A stretch of DNA of 32,000 nt from Zymomonas mobilis subsp. mobilis ATCC 10988 (GTDB lineage: Bacteria; Pseudomonadota; Alphaproteobacteria; Sphingomonadales; Sphingomonadaceae). The stretch covers positions 390,001 to 422,000 of the forward strand of contig NC_017262.1 of NCBI RefSeq assembly GCF_000175255.2, read 5' to 3'. Below the pieces are notes generated by a model. The model did no database searches. It was not told where the DNA came from and saw only the letters and a list, made by a program, of their open reading frames with translations. Positions 19,994-28,936 of this stretch are shown in pieces (within the stretch, counting starts at the first letter, position 1; every line of letters begins with the position of its first letter). The position numbers were made by a program, and so were the translations under genes.

Positions 19994-20075
19994 AAATGGT
20001 TGGGGCGGCAGGATTCGAACCTGCGCATGACGGGATCAAAACCCGTTGCCTTACCGCTTGGCTACGCCCCAATAG
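19991..20075. repeat. 85-bp perfect direct repeat, copy 2, containing tRNA-Gln
   Basis: Identical to 18190..18274; begins at the sacA TAA stop codon. Confidence 0.9.
19997..20071 (-). tRNA. tRNA-Gln (anticodon TTG), copy 2
   Basis: Sequence identical to 18196..18270. Confidence 0.97.
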
Positions 20076-20196
20076 GCTTCTCGGTCGAGAATGATCTTCT
20101 TTATAACGACTGAAACGGGCTTGAAAAGTCCTGATTTCTAAAAATTTTTCTTTTCTCGACCTCAATTCGGGCAATTCCTCCGAAAGGATCTCGATT

Positions 20197-21198
20197 ATGG
20201 CTATTCTGATAACAGGCATTGCAGGCTTTATTGGTAGTTTTGCTGCAAAATCCCTTTTAGAAAGAGGCGAAGAAATAGTCGGGATAGATAATCTAAATGA
20301 TTATTATGATCCCGAGTTAAAGAAAAAACGTTTGGCAGAATTAAAAAAGCTCAAAAACGGCAAACTGCATTTTTCCCCTATCGATTTTTCGGACGGAACT
20401 CTTCTCAATAACACTCTCGAAAAATTCGATTTTGATCGCATTATCCATCTAGGTGCTCAGGCCGGTGTTCGATATTCGCTCATTAACCCCCAGATATATG
20501 GCGATTCTAACTTAATCGGCCATCTCAATATACTTGAGTTAGCAAGACATAGAAAAGTCCGGCATATGGTCTATGCCTCTTCCTCTTCTGTCTATGGCAA
20601 CCGTTCTACCCTGCCCTTTAAAGTTGATAGCCAGCCGGATTACCCAGCTTCTCTTTACGCAGCAACCAAAAGAGCGGGTGAGATGTTAAGCGAAAGCTAT
20701 GCCTATCTTTACCGTATCCCCCTGACAGGTCTCCGCTTTTTTACAGTATATGGTATTTGGGGTCGCCCAGATATGGCTATGTGGATTTTTACCAAAAAAA
20801 TCCTTCAAAAACAGCCAATTATGCTTTTTAATAATGGCGAAATGCAACGTGATTTCACCTATATTGATGATGCGGTATCCGGTTTAATTGCGGCCTTGGA
20901 CAACCCACCTCAAGATAATAACAAGATAAAATCAGGCGGCAGCCTTAATCCTCATAATCTCTATAATATCGGCAATCATCACCCCGAAAACCTGAAATAT
21001 CTTGTTGAATTATTAGAAGAGGCTTGCGGCTGTCATGCCATCAAAGAATTGCGCCCCATGCAGGCAGGTGATGTTTCCACCACCTATGCCGATATTGAGA
21101 CATCAAAGCGGGATTTAGGATTTCACCCTAAGATTACGCTGGATATCGGAGCAGGCCGTTTTGTCGAATGGTTTCGCCATTATATCACCCATTCATGA
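20197..21198 (+). CDS. NAD-dependent epimerase, UDP-glucuronate 4-epimerase-like
   Basis: TGIAGFIGSFAAKSLLERGEEIVGIDNLNDYYD, LGAQAGVRYSLINPQ, YAASSSVYG, YAATKRAGEMLSESY, GLRFFTVYGIWGRPDMA. Confidence 0.9.
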   Translation: MAILITGIAGFIGSFAAKSLLERGEEIVGIDNLNDYYDPELKKKRLAELKKLKNGKLHFSPIDFSDGTLLNNTLEKFDFDRIIHLGAQAGVRYSLINPQIYGDSNLIGHLNILELARHRKVRHMVYASSSSVYGNRSTLPFKVDSQPDYPASLYAATKRAGEMLSESYAYLYRIPLTGLRFFTVYGIWGRPDMAMWIFTKKILQKQPIMLFNNGEMQRDFTYIDDAVSGLIAALDNPPQDNNKIKSGGSLNPHNLYNIGNHHPENLKYLVELLEEACGCHAIKELRPMQAGDVSTTYADIETSKRDLGFHPKITLDIGAGRFVEWFRHYITHS

Positions 21199-21308
21199 AG
21201 CTATTATAAAAAATTCAGAATTGTTAGCTCAAAAAACAGGGCTTTGTTTTCTCAATCAATTCTATATCCTTCTTTCCCCATATTTTATTTATTTTTCAAA
21301 GGTGTGGA

Positions 21309-21812
21309 TTGATGAAAGAGGCGTTTTCTTCGCCAGCCGATTCCCTTCTTTTCCTAAGGGAAGCTGAAATAAGACGGGGTATAGAACTCCTTTATTTTGG
21401 CTACTCCACTATTTATCAGTCCATTGATAGCCTGCTGACAAAAAACGGATTAGGGCAAGCGCATTATCGTTCGCTTTATTTTATTGCCAGAAAACCTGAT
21501 ATTTCAGTCGGAGAGCTACTTCGATTGCTGAATATCACTAAACAATCTCTAGGACGGATTATTCATGATTTAGAAGAAAAGGCACTTATCACAATAAGAC
21601 AAGGCGAACGGGATCGCCGATGCCGATTGCTGAAATTAAGTGATTCAGGGAAAGCTCTAGAAAGTCAGTTATTCGGATTAATTCGAGATAAAATGGCCAA
21701 GGCTTACGCGACTAGCGGAGCCGATGCTGTAACCGGATTCTGGCAATTATTAGAAAATCTTTTATCGACCGATATAAAGGATTCTGCCCTAGCCCTCCGC
21801 AAAGGCGATTAA
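21309..21812 (+). CDS. MarR-family transcriptional regulator
   Basis: GLGQAHYRSLYFIARKPDISVGELLRLLNITKQSLGRIIHDLEEKALITIRQGERDRRCRLLKLSDSG: winged-helix with the conserved DRR wing. Confidence 0.88.
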   Translation: MMKEAFSSPADSLLFLREAEIRRGIELLYFGYSTIYQSIDSLLTKNGLGQAHYRSLYFIARKPDISVGELLRLLNITKQSLGRIIHDLEEKALITIRQGERDRRCRLLKLSDSGKALESQLFGLIRDKMAKAYATSGADAVTGFWQLLENLLSTDIKDSALALRKGD

Positions 21813-21825
21813 CAAGGAAATAGAC

Positions 21826-23127
21826 ATGCGTCAGGGTTTTCGAGGCGAAATAATTTCTTTTACAGATGACCCGTCCTTCTATGGGGACAAGGCTGTTTCC
21901 CATCAAAAAGATGGCATAATCGTCGTTGAGAATGGTCGTGTCATTGCACGGGATAAGGCTGAAATTATCAAGACGCAGTTTCCTGATCTGGCGATTACTG
22001 ACTGCTCCGGCTATTTAATTATGCCCGGTTTTATTGATAGTCATATCCACTACACACAGCTCGACTGTATCGCCGCCGGAGGTGAGACTTTACTTGGTTG
22101 GCTTGAAAAAAAGGTTTTTCCAACCGAACAGAAATTTTCGGATAAAGCCTATGCGACAGAAACGGCCGACTTTTTTTTAAAGGAATGTCTGCGGAATGGC
22201 ACGACCTCCACGCTTGTTTTTGCGACATCCTATTTCCAATCAGTCGAAGCGCTTTATAATGCTGCTTTAAAGGCGGATATGCGCATTATCACGGGTAATG
22301 TCTTGATGGATTTAGCGCCAAAGGCGCTTGCCGATAAAATACCAAAAAGCCTCGACGATAGTGAGAAGTTAATCCAAAACTGGCAAGGTCATGGCCGATT
22401 GGGATATGCTGTAACACCCCGTTTCGCTCTGACATCTTCTTCGGAGCAATTGGCTGGTGCAGGAAAAATACTGGGTGAATATCCCGATATTCTTATGCAA
22501 ACACATCTTGCTGAAACAAAAGATGAATGCGCTGCCGTTAAAGAACGCTTCCCGAAGGCTGGCGATTATCTAGAAGTCTATGAAAATTTTGGATTGTTAA
22601 CTGACAGAAGTGTTTTTGCGCATTGCCTATATCTATCAGATTCCGCGTTCCATCGCTTAGCTAAATCGGGTGCTGGAATTGCGTTTTGTCCGACATCCAA
22701 TCTATTTTTAGGTTCAGGATTATTCAATTTAGAAAAAGCCCGCCAGCTTAAGATCACGATGGGTTTGGGAAGTGATGTGGGTGCTGGAACCAGCTTCTCA
22801 TTACTGGCAACGATGGCTGAAGCCTATAAAACATGTCGGTTACAGAATTATAATCTTGATCCTTTTTATGCCTTTTACCTCGCGACTTTAGGCGGCGCGC
22901 GACTTCTGGGTATCGATCGCTATGTTGGCTCACTAGGAATGGGGCAAGAAGCAGACTTTATCCTCGTAAATCCGGCGGCCACGCCTTTGCTTGATCGCAG
23001 AACAAAAAACGCCTCTTTGGAAGAAAAGCTTTTTGCTCTCGAAATTATGGGGGATGATCGCGCTATTGCCGCTACCTATATCAAAGGTAAATTGGCTTTT
23101 GGCGGTATTGATCACCCCCCTATCTAG
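21826..23127 (+). CDS. guaD: Guanine deaminase
   Basis: PGFIDSHIHYTQLDCIA, TFVFATS-like segment, MQTHLAETKDE, FAHCLYL, GLGSDVGAGTSFSLLATMAEAYK, ATLGGARLLGIDRYVGSLGMGQEADFILV. Confidence 0.93.
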   Translation: MRQGFRGEIISFTDDPSFYGDKAVSHQKDGIIVVENGRVIARDKAEIIKTQFPDLAITDCSGYLIMPGFIDSHIHYTQLDCIAAGGETLLGWLEKKVFPTEQKFSDKAYATETADFFLKECLRNGTTSTLVFATSYFQSVEALYNAALKADMRIITGNVLMDLAPKALADKIPKSLDDSEKLIQNWQGHGRLGYAVTPRFALTSSSEQLAGAGKILGEYPDILMQTHLAETKDECAAVKERFPKAGDYLEVYENFGLLTDRSVFAHCLYLSDSAFHRLAKSGAGIAFCPTSNLFLGSGLFNLEKARQLKITMGLGSDVGAGTSFSLLATMAEAYKTCRLQNYNLDPFYAFYLATLGGARLLGIDRYVGSLGMGQEADFILVNPAATPLLDRRTKNASLEEKLFALEIMGDDRAIAATYIKGKLAFGGIDHPPI

Positions 23128-23130
23128 AGA

Positions 23131-24861
23131 CTATTTTACGGGACAGGTGGTAGCTTCCGTCGGATCAAGATCAAGACAGCGGCCATCGACCTCCCCTTTT
23201 TTCAAAGGAATCTGCAAGAGAGCCGCTAAGCTTGGCATAATGTCGACGGTTTCAACCGGCATAGGTTGTTCAAAACCGGAGGCATGCGGCGTGTAAAAAA
23301 TAATGGGGACGCGCCGATCATAATCCCATGCTGATCCATGGGTCGCTACATATGAAACCGGTTTGGCAATAGGTGTCACGCGCGGTTTTAAAAGAACAAT
23401 CAAATCCCCCGAACGTAGTGGATCAAAAGAAGCCTTCGCTCTTTCCGCCAGATTCCATAATTCAGGTGAACGGGTTGGATATGGGATATGGGTTAATTCT
23501 GATGCGGTAAAAACCGCAGCGACCTGTGGGTGATTGGATAATTCCGATTTTGCAGCCTGAATAAGCTGTGCTTTTGTTTGCTCGGGTAAATTACGGTTAA
23601 TATACCAATCGCCTTGTGGTTCATTGGCAAAAAATAATGGCTGATTATGGCTCAATTGAAAACGTTCTGCCAACCTCAAAGAAAGCTGATCTGGCGATAA
23701 CGCGGGGTCAACGCGTTGAGCCGTCTCCACACCGCGTAATTTTGCACGTTCAGGCACATCTTGGCCACCATGGTCAGCTGTCAGAACCAAGACGTAAGGA
23801 ACACCGTTACTATCTAAGGCAGCAATAATACGGGCAATATTATCATCCAGACCCGCCATTTGGCTACACATTTCAGCCCCTTCGGTGCCATAAGCATGGC
23901 CAACAGCATCCGTTGCAGACAAACTCACCGTTAACAGATCGGGGGCATTGCTATGCCCTAATTTCAACTCATCAATCAATCCGATAGCAATATCGGTAGT
24001 TGTCCGATCATAGTCGGGGGTTACTCGAAAAGTTTTGAAATCACCGGCTTTTCTGGATGCCGGTGCCAAGCCGATAATTCTGTTATTCCCGATTTTCAGA
24101 GCCGATGCGTGATCCGCACAAACAGAAGGCATGACAGGCGCCTCATCTTGCTGCATCAAACGGGTTACTTGTTCATTCACTGTTTTTACAGTGGCAGGCA
24201 TCTCCCCCTTATGATCAGCCAGCGTTTTATACGCATTATCAGACCAAAACCATATTTGATCTGTCATATGGCCACCCATCATAATGGCGGCACGATCTTT
24301 GCCCGCTACAGAAATTACACGGCTATGGGGATTCGCTTTTTTCATCCGATCACCCAAAGTCGGCACTTTTAAATAATGAACCGATGGTTGGTAATTCTGA
24401 GGATCAGCTGAAAGAGACGGGTCTTCACTACAATAGACCTTTTTATCAGCCCTTTTGACCGAAAAATCATACCAGTTATTGGCAATAATCCCTGTTCTGG
24501 CTGGATGATCGCCTGTTAACAAAACCGAATGTCCAGGACAGGTCTCCGTTGCCGCATGACTATGGTAAGCCATGGGATAGACGACACCATTTTGTAACTG
24601 CTTCATTCCTGACCGGAAGCGGCCACGATATTCAGAAAATAAATCAGACGAAAATTGATCAACAGAAATAGCAACGATCAGGCGCGTCCCACTCCATGGG
24701 TTATGCGCTGTTTCAGAAGACGCGGCAATCTCTCCCTTGGGATGATTATCCAAAGGTTGCGTTGCCGCGATTGTTACCGATGAAAGACTGCTTGTAACTA
24801 TCGCTATCGCCAACGAAGAAAATACGGTCTTTAAAAAAGAATGATGAAGCAATGAGTTCAT
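23131..24861 (-). CDS. phoD: Secreted alkaline phosphatase / type I phosphodiesterase superfamily protein; matches the Z. mobilis alkaline phosphatase named PhoD in the literature (not the Bacillus PhoD family)
   Basis: N-terminal signal-like segment; RLIVAISVDQFSSDLF, YHSHAATETCPGHSVLLTGDHPARTGIIANNWYD (nucleophile Thr), SLSATDAVGHAYG, YVLVLTADHGGQDVPE. Gene name is from memory. Confidence 0.85.
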   Translation of the reverse strand: MNSLLHHSFLKTVFSSLAIAIVTSSLSSVTIAATQPLDNHPKGEIAASSETAHNPWSGTRLIVAISVDQFSSDLFSEYRGRFRSGMKQLQNGVVYPMAYHSHAATETCPGHSVLLTGDHPARTGIIANNWYDFSVKRADKKVYCSEDPSLSADPQNYQPSVHYLKVPTLGDRMKKANPHSRVISVAGKDRAAIMMGGHMTDQIWFWSDNAYKTLADHKGEMPATVKTVNEQVTRLMQQDEAPVMPSVCADHASALKIGNNRIIGLAPASRKAGDFKTFRVTPDYDRTTTDIAIGLIDELKLGHSNAPDLLTVSLSATDAVGHAYGTEGAEMCSQMAGLDDNIARIIAALDSNGVPYVLVLTADHGGQDVPERAKLRGVETAQRVDPALSPDQLSLRLAERFQLSHNQPLFFANEPQGDWYINRNLPEQTKAQLIQAAKSELSNHPQVAAVFTASELTHIPYPTRSPELWNLAERAKASFDPLRSGDLIVLLKPRVTPIAKPVSYVATHGSAWDYDRRVPIIFYTPHASGFEQPMPVETVDIMPSLAALLQIPLKKGEVDGRCLDLDPTEATTCPVK

Positions 24862-24895
24862 CCCTTAAAAAATTCTGGGAAAAACCAATAATATC

Positions 24896-24916
24896 ATCGA
24901 AATGTGACATTTCGAT
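24896..24916. promoter_or_regulatory. Perfect palindrome ATCGAAATGT-G-ACATTTCGAT upstream of phoD
   Basis: 10-bp inverted arms around a single central base, ending 34 bp upstream of the phosphatase ATG. Confidence 0.55.
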
Positions 24917-25177
24917 ATAGGGAAGTCTCTTTTTATTAAAGAGGATAACAAAATTATATTATTATTCGTTATATGATACAGATCGCAAAAAATAATTATA
25001 TATCAATATAGCTATAAAAATGGATATAAAGAAAAAGACATTATCTCTATAATAGAAGTAAATTTATTATCCTGTCCTATCATTTTATAGATACAGAAAA
25101 GCCTTATGCTTTATCCTTGTTTCGGGGATTAAATTGCGTTTAACCTCTTTTTATCGAGGAATAGAAAGAGGGATATT

Positions 25178-26401
25178 ATGACCGCCTATGCCGAAAATAT
25201 AACAGAAAGGCCGAGCCATTCTGAAAAAAAATCGGTTTTTTCAAATTTAAAATCTCAACCAGCAGATGCGCTTTTGGAATTGATCGCGCTTTGTCGTGAA
25301 GATACTCGCGAAAATAAAATTGATGTCGGCGTTGGGGTTTTTTGTGATGATCAGGGACATACCCCTGTCATGCGAGCGGTTAAAGCTGCCGAGATACAGC
25401 TTATCCACGAACAGAATACCAAATCTTATTTAGGATCCGCAGGCGATATAGAATTTTTTCGCCGACTAATTCCGGTCGTCTTTGGGAATGATTTCAAAGA
25501 TCATGAACGCTTGTCAGGCTTACAGACCCCTGGTGGGACCGGAGCTTTAAGGCTCGCTTTTGATCTCATCCATGCAGGCAATCCGAATGCAGACATTCAT
25601 TACGGTAATCCGACATGGGTTAACCACCTTCAGATCATTGCCAATACTGGTTTAAACAGCATCAGCCATCCTTTTTACAATAGAGAAAAACGTCAAATTG
25701 ATTTTGATGCGGTTCTTGACGATCTGAAGCAGGTCAAAAGGGGTGATGTCATCTTATTGCATGGCTGTTGTCATAATCCGACCGGATGCGACTTTACTTT
25801 TGATCAATGGAAAGCTCTTTCAGAAGTTATCAGTCAAAAAGGATTATTACCGGTCATTGATCTTGCCTATCAAGGCTTAGGCGATGGTTTAGAAGAGGAT
25901 GTCGCAGGTCTTCGTTGGTTGAGCCAACAAGTAGACGAAATGATCGTGACATATTCTTGTGATAAAAATTTCGGGCTTTATCGAGAAAGAACCGGCGCGA
26001 TTTTCGTGTTATCCCAAAATGCCGAAAGCCGTAAAATCGTTCAGTCTAATCTGATCGCATCAACACGAACCCATTGGTCTATGCCACCCGATCATGGCGC
26101 AGCGGCTGTTCGTATTATTCTTGAAAATGAAGCTTTATATGATTCTTGGCAGACAGAATTAAATGCCATGCAACAACGGATTAGCGGTAATCGCCAATCT
26201 TTGGCTAAGGCTGATTCCTATTTTGCGCCTTTGTTACAGCAAAAAGGTATGTTCTCGATATTACCGCTGTCACCAGAACAGATTAAAAAGCTGCGTATCG
26301 AAAACGCTATTTATATGGCGCCATCGGGTCGCATCAATGTCGCCGGTTTAACGCCGACAACGATAGATCCTTTTGTGAAGGCAATACAAAAGGTTATCTA
26401 A
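25178..26401 (+). CDS. Aromatic amino acid / aspartate aminotransferase (class I PLP-dependent)
   Basis: DKIDVGVGVFCDDQGHTPVM-type N-terminus, GGTGALRLAFDL, LLHGCCHNPTGCDFTFDQW, PVIDLAYQGLGDGLEED, SCDKNFGLYRERTGA. Confidence 0.92.
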   Translation: MTAYAENITERPSHSEKKSVFSNLKSQPADALLELIALCREDTRENKIDVGVGVFCDDQGHTPVMRAVKAAEIQLIHEQNTKSYLGSAGDIEFFRRLIPVVFGNDFKDHERLSGLQTPGGTGALRLAFDLIHAGNPNADIHYGNPTWVNHLQIIANTGLNSISHPFYNREKRQIDFDAVLDDLKQVKRGDVILLHGCCHNPTGCDFTFDQWKALSEVISQKGLLPVIDLAYQGLGDGLEEDVAGLRWLSQQVDEMIVTYSCDKNFGLYRERTGAIFVLSQNAESRKIVQSNLIASTRTHWSMPPDHGAAAVRIILENEALYDSWQTELNAMQQRISGNRQSLAKADSYFAPLLQQKGMFSILPLSPEQIKKLRIENAIYMAPSGRINVAGLTPTTIDPFVKAIQKVI

Positions 26402-26407
26402 CCTGTT

Positions 26408-26437
26408 TAAAGCCCTTCCCAAGGGAAGGGCTTTTTT
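26408..26437. terminator. Intrinsic bidirectional terminator between convergent genes
   Basis: AAGCCCTTCCC-AA-GGGAAGGGCTTTTTT: long perfect GC-rich stem followed by T tract (A-rich flank on the other side). Confidence 0.85.
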
Positions 26438-26438
26438 A

Positions 26439-27329
26439 TTAACGGGATAAGATAGATTTCACCTTTTCTCGTGACAGAACAAAACCAACCCCGACCAGTA
26501 AAAATCCGGTCAGATGCATCCATCCCAAACGCTCCCCTAAGAATGGCACCGCGATCAGGCTACCGAAAACAGGCATCAGATAGAGAAAAATGCTGGCACG
26601 ACTGGCGCCAATAATATGAACGCCTCGATTAAAAAACAAAAAGGCAAAAATAGACGGGCCAATAGCCAGATAGATTATCGCCGATAAAGAATGAGAATCA
26701 TGGAAGGGTAACCCCACCCCATAAGGAATTTGGAAAGGTAGCAAGACAAGAGAGGCTGCCACAAAACAGGAAAACAACAAAACTAACGGCGTAGTCGGCG
26801 GTTTATGGCGTAAAATGGTAGCATACAAAGCCTGGCACAGCATCGTTGCTGTCAAAAGCAAAGTTCCCCCGATTGTAGAGGCCGCCCCACCATTTCCCTT
26901 AGCGGCAATCACAAAGAGAATGCCACCAAAGGCAAAAAGCATCGCCACAATACGCTTTGGGCTTGGTTTTTCACCATAAAGAAAAAAAGCGAAAAGCAAG
27001 ATGACAACAGGGGTTGCCGATTGGATAAGCAAAGCCACTGTCGCCCCCGTGCTATGCAATCCGTAATAAGCTAAAGTATTTGATCCGGCCTGCCCTGTTG
27101 TTCCCAAAAGGAGAATAATTGGCCAATGCCTTAAAACAACGCGCCATTCTTTTTTCAAAGATGACCACACAAACGGCAAAAGTATACAGGCAGCCAAAGC
27201 CCAACGCCAAAAAGACAGACTAACAGGCGGCATAGAAGGCGGAATAATACGCCCAATAACGAAATTGCTGGCCCACATAAAAGCAGCCAGCGATAAGGTT
27301 ATCCATGCATTATTCCATAACCGGTTCAT
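26439..27329 (-). CDS. EamA/DMT-superfamily permease (RhaT-type exporter)
   Basis: About ten hydrophobic segments; WASNFVIGRIIPPSMPPVSLSFWRWALA and TGQAGSNTLAYYGLHSTGATVALLIQSATPVVILLFAFFLYGEKPS; start chosen at MNRLWNN (27329). Confidence 0.88.
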   Translation of the reverse strand: MNRLWNNAWITLSLAAFMWASNFVIGRIIPPSMPPVSLSFWRWALAACILLPFVWSSLKKEWRVVLRHWPIILLLGTTGQAGSNTLAYYGLHSTGATVALLIQSATPVVILLFAFFLYGEKPSPKRIVAMLFAFGGILFVIAAKGNGGAASTIGGTLLLTATMLCQALYATILRHKPPTTPLVLLFSCFVAASLVLLPFQIPYGVGLPFHDSHSLSAIIYLAIGPSIFAFLFFNRGVHIIGASRASIFLYLMPVFGSLIAVPFLGERLGWMHLTGFLLVGVGFVLSREKVKSILSR

Positions 27330-27614
27330 GACATATCCCCTCACTTGGATTGTGAATATAATAGCTGTAACCGCACTATAATTCACATAATATTATTTTA
27401 AATAAAAATATTATTATTTTATTTACCAAAAATAAAAATTCAAATTTCAGAAAATTATAATTATTTAAAGCAATAGAATAGAGCTTCTACTCACAGGGCC
27501 GCTTTTATCAATAAAAGCAAGGTGACAAAAACTTTTCGCTTTTTCGGAAAAGAAATAGCCGTTTCTGCGTTCAAAACATTATAAACGGTAAGAGATCAGA
27601 TTGAGGAAAAACAA

Positions 27615-28247
27615 ATGAAATTATATGACTATAGCGGCGCATCCAATCCTCGGCGGGTGCGGATTTTTATTGCAGAAAAAAATATTGATATTGAAAATAT
27701 CCAAGTCGACCTTGCCGCAAAGCAGCAATTTTCAGAAGAATACCGCAAAATAAATCCCTATTGTGTCGTGCCAACCTTGTTATTGGATGATGGCACTGCA
27801 TTAGGAGAAGTGCCGGTTATCTGCCGTTATCTGGAAGAAATTTATCCTGATCCTCCTCTAATTGGTCGGACAGCCGAAGAGCGGGCAATTGTAGGAATGT
27901 GGGAAAGACGAATAGAACTGGACGGTTATTTTTCGGTTGTCGATGCTACCCGTAATAGTAATAGCAACCTTAAAGGCCACGCTTTAACAGGCGTTGATAG
28001 TTATCAACAAATTCCGGAATTAGCTGAACGCGGGAAAAAACGGACTATTCGCTTTTTTGAAGATTTCGATAGCCGTCTACAAAAGCAGGCTTATGCCGCT
28101 GGTGCTTTTTTCTCGATGGCTGATATCACAGCGGTTGTTGCCCTTGATCTGGCTAAAAAACGACTGGATATGGAACCAGATTCCAAATTGAAAGCTTTAC
28201 ACCGCTGGTATAGCGAAGTTTCTTCCCGTCCCAGTATGAAGGCTTAA
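27615..28247 (+). CDS. Glutathione S-transferase
   Basis: MKLYDYSGASNPRRVRIFIAEKNIDIENIQVD, NPYCVVPTLLLDDGTALGEVPVICRYLEE, FSMADITAVVALDLAK. Confidence 0.92.
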   Translation: MKLYDYSGASNPRRVRIFIAEKNIDIENIQVDLAAKQQFSEEYRKINPYCVVPTLLLDDGTALGEVPVICRYLEEIYPDPPLIGRTAEERAIVGMWERRIELDGYFSVVDATRNSNSNLKGHALTGVDSYQQIPELAERGKKRTIRFFEDFDSRLQKQAYAAGAFFSMADITAVVALDLAKKRLDMEPDSKLKALHRWYSEVSSRPSMKA

Positions 28248-28253
28248 GATTCT

Positions 28254-28288
28254 ATAACGGCACAGAGAACTGTGCCGTTATTCAATTT
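28254..28288 (+). terminator. Candidate terminator downstream of the GST gene
   Basis: AACGGCACAG-AGAA-CTGTGCCGTT perfect 10-bp stem with GNRA-like loop, followed by attcaatttt. Confidence 0.65.
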
Positions 28289-28466
28289 TGTGAGTCGATT
28301 ACAAATATTTTAAAAATCAAAAATTTTATTATATAAATTTAAAATTCAATAAATATTGATATATTTTTATAATACAACTCCAACAAAAATAACATTTTAC
28401 CATAACCAGCTTTCCTACAGAGAGTCTTGTTGATATTTTTAGAACATAACAAGAACAAAAAGGAAT

Positions 28467-28799
28467 GTGGTTATGAGGAATTCTGAAAAGGCAATGGTAT
28501 CCCCTGATATGCTGCCTGCACTGACCCGAAATGCAGTTGCATCGACGGGATACCCGCCTGTTAAAAAGCATCTTGGATATGGCGATACCGTCAAAAAACA
28601 ACAATTATCGCATCAAAAAATAGAAAGCTCTGCGGCTAACTATTTAAGGCGCAAGGGTTATGTGCCGGTATGCCATGCCAATATTGTGGACATCACTTTT
28701 CCTCGAGATGTCTGGCTTGTCGGACAACATGTCATATCAACGGAAGATATGCTTGAAATGGCGAACATCCACGGATTCCGATCAGAAATCGTTCAATAA
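28467..28799 (+). CDS. Hypothetical protein, about 110 aa, function unknown
   Basis: ATG preceded by an AAAAGGAATG purine-rich stretch; ORF does not resemble a family I can name. Confidence 0.5.
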   Translation: MVMRNSEKAMVSPDMLPALTRNAVASTGYPPVKKHLGYGDTVKKQQLSHQKIESSAANYLRRKGYVPVCHANIVDITFPRDVWLVGQHVISTEDMLEMANIHGFRSEIVQ

Positions 28800-28936
28800 A
28801 TCGAAGCTCAAGGGTGACCATCGATAGTGACAAGTTTCCTATTTTAAAATGGTCGCCCATATTCATTTTCAGGAAATTCTAAAATGATCGGAATCCGTCT
28901 TTCTCGACTGTTATCAGGGAATAGGAAGACTATCTC

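Noticed and set aside
19959-20219. 86-aa minus-strand ORF containing the same SQAVRQRVLIPSCAGSNPAAPTIF segment
   Set aside because: Same artefact from tRNA-Gln copy 2. The shared peptide reflects the repeated tRNA, not a protein family.
23616-24372. Short plus-strand ORFs antisense to phoD
   Set aside because: Overlap a clearly coding gene on the opposite strand with conserved motifs; random open frames.
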